NCBI GenBank assembly: GCA_049968235.1
Contig: JBMFRC010000001.1
Location: 32,001-96,000 of the forward strand
DNA length: 64,000 nucleotides
DNA from: Candidatus Hydrogenedens sp.
Lineage (GTDB): Bacteria; Hydrogenedentota; Hydrogenedentia; Hydrogenedentales; Hydrogenedentaceae
Reading direction: 5' to 3'
Shown: piece after piece, positions 11,230 to 18,750 of the stretch
Numbering within the stretch: position 1 is the first letter of the stretch
Layout: every line of letters starts with the position of its first letter
The notes under the pieces: generated by a model
What the model saw: only the letters and a program-made list of their open reading frames with translations
The model's database searches: none
Told to the model about the DNA's origin: nothing
Made by a program: the position numbers and the translations under genes

Positions 11230-11739
11230 TTATCCCAATTCCGAATGTATGAATGCTTCCCAATTTATTTTCACCACACCTTTTTTTACCGTTATTGGTT
11301 TGTTATGAAAACAAATTCCTGCACCATGCACCTCCCCGGGAAACAAAACCATAAATTGACCCGGCACATTTTGAATTACATTTATCTTGGATACATCTAC
11401 ATTATAAAACCTAACATCTTTTTTAATATCATACTCGGTTTTCACTTGAGCCATAGATTCAGGAAGCCATCCTATACCTTCTTCCCCTGAAAGTGAGAAT
11501 TGGACATCAATAAATTTCTTATGTGATTCAAAAATCGCTTCCGAAATTTCTTTTGTGGTATAGGACATAACCCGGGCTTTTATATCTTCTTTATAGATAA
11601 ACTCCATATCTGTATCCGGGCTATTTTCTTTTAGTCCCTGAATATAATTCAATACGAAATTTCCTATCTTCCCACGGAAATACCGTTCCCAATTTTCAAA
11701 TCGGTCAACTATCATGATTTTAACACCTCCTCGCAACAA
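11230..11739 (-). CDS. YhcH/YjgK/YiaL (DUF386, EbgC-like) family protein
   Basis: The N-terminus MIVDRFENWERYF… and the length (169 aa) fit DUF386. Confidence 0.5.
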   Translation of the reverse strand: MLRGGVKIMIVDRFENWERYFRGKIGNFVLNYIQGLKENSPDTDMEFIYKEDIKARVMSYTTKEISEAIFESHKKFIDVQFSLSGEEGIGWLPESMAQVKTEYDIKKDVRFYNVDVSKINVIQNVPGQFMVLFPGEVHGAGICFHNKPITVKKGVVKINWEAFIHSELG

Positions 11740-12476
11740 GCAGTGCGTATTTTCTTTGCAAAGGACACACCCGGAATATCATAAATTTTTACAGTCCCCC
11801 CTGCAAATTTTATTAAAGCAGAACCACCTGCAATATCCCATAGCATAATTTCATCTTGAATAAAAGCGTCAATCCGACCACAGGCTACATAAGCCAGAGA
11901 TAATGCAGATGTACCTAAAAAACGAACCCTTTTATACTTCTTTAATTCATGGATATATTGCTGAAATTCATTTTCCGTATATGGACGAAACACCGGAAGT
12001 CCTGTGGCAACAATTCCATGCTTCGCCTGATTTATAGGGGAAACCTTGATGGGACTATCATTTAGGAATGCACCATTTTCCTTTGTTCCCGAAAATAATT
12101 CTTGTTTCAGAAAATCATAAACGATACCCAGTAAAAATTCATCATCTTTCATAAGAGCAATTGAGATAGCACACAACGGTATTTTCCTGCTGAAATTCAA
12201 TGTTCCATCCAATGGGTCAATTATCCAGAAAGGCTCATTCATAACATATTCACGAACCCAACCTCGTTCTTCAGATAAAATAGCAAATGGTGTCGATTCC
12301 AGCACATCTATAATTGCAGATTCAGATTCGCGGTCTGCCAGTAACTTTATGTCTCGGTCGTCTTCATAAATAACTTCGCAGGGCTCTCGAAAAAGGTCTG
12401 ATAAAATAATACCTGCTCGATGTACTGCGGTAATACCTAATTCTAAATATTCCTGAACATTCATTATAAACACCAC
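11712..12476 (-). CDS. Inositol monophosphatase family protein (IMPase/SuhB/CysQ-like)
   Basis: WIIDPLDGTLNFSR (DPxDGT) and the C-terminal WDIAGG motif. Confidence 0.8.
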   Translation of the reverse strand: MVFIMNVQEYLELGITAVHRAGIILSDLFREPCEVIYEDDRDIKLLADRESESAIIDVLESTPFAILSEERGWVREYVMNEPFWIIDPLDGTLNFSRKIPLCAISIALMKDDEFLLGIVYDFLKQELFSGTKENGAFLNDSPIKVSPINQAKHGIVATGLPVFRPYTENEFQQYIHELKKYKRVRFLGTSALSLAYVACGRIDAFIQDEIMLWDIAGGSALIKFAGGTVKIYDIPGVSFAKKIRTACCEEVLKS

Positions 12477-12477
12477 C

Positions 12478-13146
12478 TTAATGGTATAAATTTTTACCCC
12501 GTTTCTGTGCTATAAAAGTACTGATAATATGTGTAATGATACAGAATACATCTTCAACGGGTCCGTATTCATCTTTCGTACTTGCAACAAGAAGTCCATA
12601 ATCACATAACGAAATCATTCTACCTCCGTCACAACCTGCTATACCTATCGTTTTAATTTCATGCTCCTTTGCCCATTCCACTACCTTTATAACATTGGGA
12701 CTATTCCCACTAACAGACATTGCTATTAATAAATCACCTTCCTTAGCAAAAGCACGCAATTGCCCAATAAATATGTTTTCATAACCTTCATCATTTCCTA
12801 ATGCAGTAATTACCGCCTGGTTATCTGATAAATTTATAGCACGAATAGGCGGACAATTTGTAACATAATTTCCTACGACCAAATCATTAACCCAATGAGA
12901 GAGGACTGAAGAACTACCACCGTTACCCGCAAGAAATAGGGTCTTCCCTTCACTGATTTTATTCCACATTACATCGGCTATTTTTGTTAACACATCTTTA
13001 TTTAAATGCGTAAGAATTTGGCACAAACGTTCACAATACCCATTATAGTAATCAGTAAAACTGGGAGATGATTGAAACAAATTTTTCATGAAATACATAT
13101 AAAATACTCCGTAGATTATTGTTAAAAAGATATTTAATTTTAACAT
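12478..13146 (-). CDS. SIS-domain protein, phosphoheptose isomerase-like (GmhA family)
   Basis: LFLAGNGGSSSVLSHWVNDL… and DLLIAMSVSGNSPNVIKVVEWAKEHEIKTIGIAGCDGG. The true start may be at an internal Met (MKNLFQ…). Confidence 0.7.
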   Translation of the reverse strand: MLKLNIFLTIIYGVFYMYFMKNLFQSSPSFTDYYNGYCERLCQILTHLNKDVLTKIADVMWNKISEGKTLFLAGNGGSSSVLSHWVNDLVVGNYVTNCPPIRAINLSDNQAVITALGNDEGYENIFIGQLRAFAKEGDLLIAMSVSGNSPNVIKVVEWAKEHEIKTIGIAGCDGGRMISLCDYGLLVASTKDEYGPVEDVFCIITHIISTFIAQKRGKNLYH

Positions 13147-13763
13147 GTTAAATCTAAAATACCTACGAATATTGTTATCACATTCCTTAATGCATAAACA
13201 AAAATAAATACAGGAAACAGTATAAGATATGCTAAATACAGGAGCAAATTATCTTTGCCCCGAATATAGCACAAGCATTTATTCCTTCTTTTGCAATTAT
13301 AAGTGGTGCGATTATTTTAATTTATCAGAGTAATACAATTATCCTGCTTTTGATAAATTCAATTTATTAATTAGCACCGGCATTTCTCTCTTTGCTTTTT
13401 ACCACGAATGGTGCGAGATGTAAATAAGCATAAAGTATTTATTATAGCAAATGATTATTCGCCATTACATAGAGATGCACTTGCCATGCAGGCGGGTTTT
13501 TGGAATGTGTTGGTAAAAATCGTTTCTGTCTGGCAGGACTTTCAGCAAGACAATGAGATAATTTTCACCACGGAGGACACGGAGGGACACATAGATATTT
13601 TTTTCTTATCACAGAAAGCACGGAGAACACAGAGAAGGGAACAGAGAATAGGTATGAGTATGGATATATTTATTCTATGATTTATATTCTCCTTTCCTTT
13701 TTTCTCTGTGTTTCTCTGTATTCTCTGGGGTGGAGTATTTTTTTTCTCACCACAGAGAGCACT

Positions 13764-14021
13764 ATCTTTTCTTGTTAATGACTGCATATAATTTGAAGTG
13801 GATATATGAGGAATTAAGGGGGCAAAAGGAGAAGTATGCATAGGTAACCAAAAGATAAAAATACTCACAGAAAATAACAAATAAAATGGGTAAAAGTAGG
13901 GATACAGACTTTTGTATTTTAATTTTTCATCGGGATTTTATCTCATAAAAACATGTATAATTTATACTCTTACCTCTTACCTCTTACCTCTTACCTCTTA
14001 CAAAAATTGTTCAGAGGTCTC
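13764..14021. repeat. ~250-bp repeated intergenic element, copy A; sits in the leader position 3' of cas2
   Basis: Aligns at ~85% identity with 40693-40926 (…tcttgttaatga(c/t)tgcatataatttgaag…ggaattaaggg…gcaaaaggaga…atgcatag…acaga…ttgtattttaattt…attttatctcataaa…aattgttcagaggtctc). Ends 10 nt before the cas2 stop codon. Confidence 0.8.
13967..14001. repeat. Microsatellite (CTCTTAC)x5 inside element copy A
   Basis: Five perfect tandem heptamers. Copy B has unrelated sequence at the corresponding position. Confidence 0.9.
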
Positions 14022-14031
14022 GTGTATTTTT

Positions 14032-14358
14032 TTATACTATAATAAGGTTGGGGTTTGAGATGGGTGTATAGTAGTTTAGTCCGTTTCTGTTGATAATTTT
14101 GATTTTATTTGCATCAGCATGGCAAAGGGGTATGATATGTATAATAAGTTGTCGGTTTTGGTCATTGGGTTGTTCGTTGGAGAGGTAATCACGAATGGTT
14201 TCCTGTAGTTTTTCGATAAGGAGTTCTTTTTCATATTCATCGAGGTCGCCCATGAAAACGGAGAATTGTATGTGCGAAGTTCCTACTTCTTCGAGGAGGT
14301 AGGTTATTTTGTTTCGTAGTTTATCGTTTCCTATGTCGAATAATAGTAGTGTTTGCAT
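14032..14358 (-). CDS. cas2: CRISPR-associated endoribonuclease Cas2
   Basis: MQTLLLFDIGNDKLRNKITYLLEEVGTSHIQFSVFMGDL… fits the canonical Cas2 N-terminal beta1-Asp/alpha1/beta2 pattern. 108 aa. Confidence 0.75.
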   Translation of the reverse strand: MQTLLLFDIGNDKLRNKITYLLEEVGTSHIQFSVFMGDLDEYEKELLIEKLQETIRDYLSNEQPNDQNRQLIIHIIPLCHADANKIKIINRNGLNYYTPISNPNLIIV

Positions 14359-14371
14359 AGGTTGATTTGTG

Positions 14372-15340
14372 TTATAGGTTGTATTTATTTTGTTGATTTA
14401 GGGTTTGTGTTAGTTTTATGGCTGCGAGCAGGATGTGTTTTTGGTAGTTGGTATTGGGGTCTTTGGGGGTAGGTTCATAGAGGCGTTCTATGTAAAGGGA
14501 GGAGAGTTTTTTTGTGTTTCTTTTTCGAGTAATCCGTTTTTCTGGAGTTGTACATTTATTCCTTGTCGTATGTAAGCGAGTAAGGGTGTATCGATGAGGG
14601 GTTGACGGAAAGGTTCGATAAAGAAGACGAGGGACTGTTTGTTGTTCTGTAGGGTGTGCAGAAACCCTGCATATGGGTCGAGTCCGGCGAGGGTTAAGGC
14701 ACGGAAGCATTCGGAGTAGAGGATGCCGTAACCGTAGTTGAGTGCAGAATTGACGGGGTCTTTCGAATGTCGGTGTGTTCTGTGGGTAAAGTTATAATTG
14801 GCTGGGATAAGTTGTTTGAAATATGACCAGTAGATGGATGAGGCGTGTGCTTCGGTGGACATGATTTGTTGTTTTGCGTGGGATATATTTTCAGTGTTGA
14901 TGGATTTTAATTTTTCGATGAGTGGGTAAATAGTATTGTGAAGTGTATCTTCGATTTGGGCTAAGTATGTTTTGTATCGACACAGGAATTAGAATTGGTT
15001 TTCGATTTTTGTTTGTATGTATTTTTTTGGCAATTTGTATGCCTAAGCCGTTCTGGATGGCTGTGTATTGGTTCCATCGGTTCTGGATATGGGGGTGATT
15101 GTATATAGGCTGGATAAAAGTGATGGAGTTCCCGTAGGGCTTACATACGGTTAAGGCGATGTCTTGCTGGCTTGCGAGTGAAAGTGCTTCAGCGGAGATG
15201 GAAAATCCTTGGGTGAAGATGATGATGTGTGAGAGTTTGCTGGATGGGATTGTTTTAAGGGTTTTGTTTTCGCCGATAATTTTGAACATGTTTTTGTGTC
15301 TACCGACACGGATATTCTTTTCAATAAGGATGAGATGCAT
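14372..15340 (-). pseudogene. cas1: cas1 pseudogene (two or more frameshifts)
   Basis: N-terminal fragment 14891-15340 (MHLILIEKNIRVGRHKNMFKIIGE…GFSISAEALSLASQQDIALTV… fits the Cas1 N-domain). Middle fragment 14488-14862 in another frame (…DPVNSALNYGYGILYSECFRALTLAGLDPYAGFLH…SLVFFIEPFRQPLID… fits the Cas1 catalytic core). C-terminal remainder in a third frame. Total span about 323 codons. Confidence 0.7.
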
Positions 15341-15461
15341 GTTAAAGTCCTCCTCTTCATTATTTTTATTACATCTAACCTTAAAAAGTTGTATTATTTG
15401 CTATGTATTTAGTCCCAATCAATTTCGAGTTTGAACCAACCCATAGGAAGGGATGCCTTTG

Positions 15462-16643
15462 TTATTTTTTTTGTGATGTAGTTAATTTATGAGACTTTGG
15501 ATAAGGTATTTGGTCAGAACATCTGTCTCTCTTTGCTTTTCCCCATTTTTTGTCATTTGTATCTCCTTGTGAAAATAGTAATGTTATAGTTTTTGATAAA
15601 GAACCTGTGCCATAACCTAATTGTAAAAATATTTTTTTGCCTCTTTCTATCCTAATATCTTCAGGGATGTCATATTCATTTTTATTTACAGAATTAAAGA
15701 ATTCCAGTTGTTTATCAATTAAAATTTCTGAGTATTTGCGTAAACAATCTTGAAAACTCTGTGTATCGTTAAGAACATTTTTAAGATATTTTATCTATTC
15801 TCCGTTATTATATTTATATTCATCCAACATAAATTTTAATGCTTGTTGGTCTAAATAGAAATCTATAATTATTTCTTTACCTTTAGGAATCAGGCATTCA
15901 GCAAATATATCAAATGGTTTAGTTGAAAATTTGTCTCCATTTTTACTTTTTACTTTTATTTGACATATTCCAAAATTGTCGATAGGAATCTCTTTAGAGT
16001 CTCTGATTACTAAAAATTTAAATAAATCATATTTTGCATCATAATTCGAATTATCTACTTCTAATGTAGTATATTTTTCTATATTTTTATTAAGGAGAAT
16101 ATTATTAATATTATTTGACTCTTTAATTAAACAATTAGTGACTGCATTTCTTATACATCCCTTTATACTTGAACCTGGAATAAAAAATTTCCCAAATGGG
16201 TATTTTATAAAGGAAAGGATTGGAGGAAGAGAAGTAGATTCTTGACATATAGATTTTGACTGAGAATTTTGGGATTGTTTTTTCTCAACTTGTTTCTGTA
16301 TTTTTCTTAGTTCTGGAGGAAGTGCTGTATGTTTAGGCGATATGGACCTTGATTGTTTATTTGTTTTTTCTCCTCTTGTTCCAAAATCAGCATATATAGG
16401 AAGAGAATAGCGAATATATTCAGGGTCGGGACGAAAGGAGGGTTCTTCAATAATCTTTAAATCAGTTTCATAATCTTCGCAATTATCCTGAAAATATTTC
16501 ATGACATCTTTTAGACAGAATAATAGCTGTTTCTCGTCAATGTCAATGTAATATTCAAAATTCTGATATTCTTCGCCATCTGATATATGGATGGGAGTGA
16601 TAGGTGTTAGTTTGAATTTGCCATGTTTCTTTTTATCGTTCAT
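15462..16643 (-). pseudogene. csm5: Type III RAMP, Csm5-like (Cas7 group), interrupted by an in-frame TAG
   Basis: The N-terminus MNDKKKHGKFKLTPITPIHISDGEEYQNFEYY is Csm5-like. RAMP glycine loop IPGSSIKGCIRNAV. ORF stops at TAG 15795-15797. The same frame continues for 110 more codons (IKYLKNVLNDTQSF…ERGKKIFLQLGYGTGSLSKTITLL…) and contains a G-rich motif. AAGGAG lies 8 nt upstream of the ATG. Confidence 0.65.
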
Positions 16644-16656
16644 TGTTTTTCTCCTT

Positions 16657-17595
16657 TTAAGGATGTTTGAAATAGATATTGAATGCGAGACCGGAACGCC
16701 AGATAGGATGAGGTGATGAGTCGTAACTGATGGCGATTACATCCCCCTTAGGCATTTCTTTGATAACAGGGAATTTACTTCCTTCTATACACATACGAAC
16801 AGATTGTTTGGGTTCATCATACCCGGCAATGCCATGTATCCACCCACCTCGCATAGTGCATTCATAAGATGCGATATTGGTGAGAATACCATTTTCAAAT
16901 TCTTCCAAAGTAGGATGATAAAGACTGAGTATTGCGGGACTGAGTATTGCGGTAGCTTTTGGTGGACTTTCCTGCCCACTTATTTTGAGCGTATCATTTT
17001 CTTCAATAATATATTTTGATTCGAAAGGTTCAATTTTTTTATAGTAAAATGTCCGAAACCTAAACTGCGTTCACCACCAATACCCAGTTTACCCAAAGCG
17101 GATAGAAAATTGACAAATGATTCTTTTTTCTCTTCTTCTAATTTAACAAAAAACCACAATCCGACATCTTCTTCGCTATTTATCTCATAAAAATTTTGAG
17201 GGTAGGCTGTAGTTTGATTAGTAACCCGGTCAATGACGGTGGAAATTTTATAATTTTCTTTAACGGTTTTTTTGGAGGGGAAACCTTCTTTATTATTTAT
17301 CAGGTCATTCATTTCTTCATTCAGGAGAAAAGTTGTTCCTGGATTCTCTTCATCACCGTCTAAATAGGGATAATCTTCTTTTTTTTGGGAAAAGTTCTTT
17401 TAATATTTGCTGGGTTTCTTCTGCTTTTTGGAATATTGATGAAGTGGTTAGAAGAATGACATTATCAAAATCACCAATGTTAACAGAAGAAATAATCGGC
17501 CCCTATTGTGTTCCACCGGTGGGTGCTTCATCTACTCTCCCGTAAGGGTCATTTGTTCCTACAAAACTTAACAGTAGAGAAGATTTCCTCCCCAT
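16657..17595 (-). pseudogene. csm4: Csm4-like (Cas5 group) RAMP pseudogene, three frameshifts
   Basis: Segments: MGRKSSLLLSFVGTNDPYGRV…, then …GPIISSVNIGDFDNVILLTTSS…KELFPKK. Next the track's 110-aa ORF (…EDVGLWFFVKLEEEKKESFVNFLSALGKLGIGGERSLGFGHFTI), whose G-rich loop and context closely parallel Csm4. Then …KKIEPFES…MEEFENGILTNIAS… up to the stop at 16657. Two of the frame changes coincide with A8 and A7 homopolymers. A 15-bp tandem duplication lies at ~16926-16955. Confidence 0.5.
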
Positions 17596-17688
17596 ACTAT
17601 TCGGTCCTTTTTTATATTTAACTTTTAACTAATTTTGAATATACAATATAAAGAGTGTTTAAATCAAATTAAAGCAAGTAGGTTATTT

Positions 17689-18069
17689 TTATTTTTCGGG
17701 GAAAGAGGAGGGGTGGGAACCGATGGCGATAATACTGCAAGCGTAGATGGGATTTAAGTTGAGTTGGATTGCCTTTTGCATAAGTTCTTCGTCTTCCGCA
17801 CCGGGGTTGATGTAAAGTTCCTCATGCTTCTTTTTAGCGATTGAGGGTAAAAGTGTTTTGCCGATTTGGGGAGGGACATAGACACTGATACGGTCGATAG
17901 GCTCGGGGACCTCCTCAATAGATTTATAGCAGGGAATTCCTTCAATTTCTGTAAGGTTTGGATTGACGGGATAAACTGTCCATCCTCTGGCAATATATGC
18001 ACGAATAGCTTTGTTGCTATATTTGTTTTTGTCTGCAGATGCACCGATGATTGCAACCGTTTTAGACAT
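17689..18069 (-). CDS. CoA-binding domain protein (YccU/YneT-like), 126 aa
   Basis: MSKTVAIIGASADKNKYSNKAIRAYIARGWTVYPVNPN…IEGIPCYKS… The ATG at 18069 lies 4 nt after the clpP stop. The 253-aa track ORF is a spurious upstream extension overlapping clpP. Confidence 0.75.
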   Translation of the reverse strand: MSKTVAIIGASADKNKYSNKAIRAYIARGWTVYPVNPNLTEIEGIPCYKSIEEVPEPIDRISVYVPPQIGKTLLPSIAKKKHEELYINPGAEDEELMQKAIQLNLNPIYACSIIAIGSHPSSFPEK

Positions 18070-18073
18070 TGTA

Positions 18074-18736
18074 TTATTTCTCTTTTTTGGGTTTTGAGCG
18101 TTGGAGAACTTCGTCGATGAGTCCGTAATTTTTCGCTTCTTCTGCACTGAGGAATAGGTCGCGGTCGGTATCTTTACGGATAACTTCGATGGGTTGACCG
18201 GTATGTCTGGCGAGAATCTGGTCAATGGTTTCGCCGATACGAACAATTTCCTGAGCTTGAATAGCAATATCTGTTGCCTGTCCACGGACACCTCCCATGA
18301 GTTGATGTAGTAAGAAGCGTGAATAAGGGAGGGCGTAACGTTTGCCTGGAGTTCCTGCGGACATAAGCACAGCAGCCATACTTGCTGCCTGTCCAAGACA
18401 GATAGTCGTAATTTCAGGGCGTATAAATTGCATCGTGTCGTAAATAGCAAGACCTGCCGTTACACTTCCTCCCGGACTATTGATGTAAAGGTTGATATCT
18501 TTATCCGGATCTTCTGCCTCTAAATATAATAGTTGAGCAATGATATAGTTTGCGACATAATCGTCAATGGGCATACCCAGAAAGATAATTCGGTCCTCAA
18601 GCAGGCGTGAATAAATATCGTAAGCCCTCTCACCCCGACTCGTTTGCTGGTATATTGTTACCGCCTGTGGATTAATGGGGCTTTCGGAATAAGGATGAAT
18701 TCCGTGTTTAAGTAATTTTTCTATTGCTTCATGCAT
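18074..18736 (-). CDS. clpP: ATP-dependent Clp protease proteolytic subunit ClpP
   Basis: …[23 protein letters not shown]…[20 protein letters not shown]…[11 protein letters not shown]…LHQ. Shows the catalytic Ser/His context and the conserved tig-clpP synteny. Confidence 0.9.
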   Translation of the reverse strand: MHEAIEKLLKHGIHPYSESPINPQAVTIYQQTSRGERAYDIYSRLLEDRIIFLGMPIDDYVANYIIAQLLYLEAEDPDKDINLYINSPGGSVTAGLAIYDTMQFIRPEITTICLGQAASMAAVLMSAGTPGKRYALPYSRFLLHQLMGGVRGQATDIAIQAQEIVRIGETIDQILARHTGQPIEVIRKDTDRDLFLSAEEAKNYGLIDEVLQRSKPKKEK

Positions 18737-18750
18737 GGTTTTAAGTTCTC

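Noticed and set aside
13408-13880. Track ORFs 13408-13680 (+) and 13542-13880 (-) in the repeat region
   Set aside because: They run through low-complexity and repeat sequence with no SD or domain signal. The GC-richer stretch near 13470-13540 might be a gene remnant, but nothing is supportable.
13967-14001. (CTCTTAC)x5 and the nearby GGAGAACAC-type units as a CRISPR array
   Set aside because: The units are 7-25 nt, contiguous or irregular, with no 25-40 nt repeats separated by unique spacers. They are microsatellite or low-complexity sequence.
14372-14710. 112-aa track ORF (MLPCLNPRRTRP…) overlapping the cas1 middle fragment
   Set aside because: It is an out-of-frame overlap with biased composition (Pro/Thr/Arg-rich from the skewed DNA). 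Only the tail end of this frame plausibly carries the Cas1 C-terminus.
15795-15797. In-frame TAG in the csm5-like gene as stop-codon recoding (alternative genetic code)
   Set aside because: TAG, TGA and TAA all terminate well-conserved housekeeping genes in the window (for example addB ends at TAG), and the track's standard-code ORFs are full length. It is a nonsense mutation.
17330-17595. N-terminus MGRKSSLLLSFVGTNDPYGRV first read as a CARF (Csm6-like) domain
   Set aside because: Joining the downstream frames places this N-terminus in the same gene as a Csm4-type G-rich loop (…GKLGIGGERSLGFGHF…) with ~110 further residues, which fits Csm4 (Cas5 group). A CARF motif (TxGTK) is absent.
17689-18450. 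253-aa track ORF
   Set aside because: Its N-terminal two thirds overlap clpP in another frame. Only the C-terminal 126 aa from the ATG at 18069 (CoA-binding protein) are credible.
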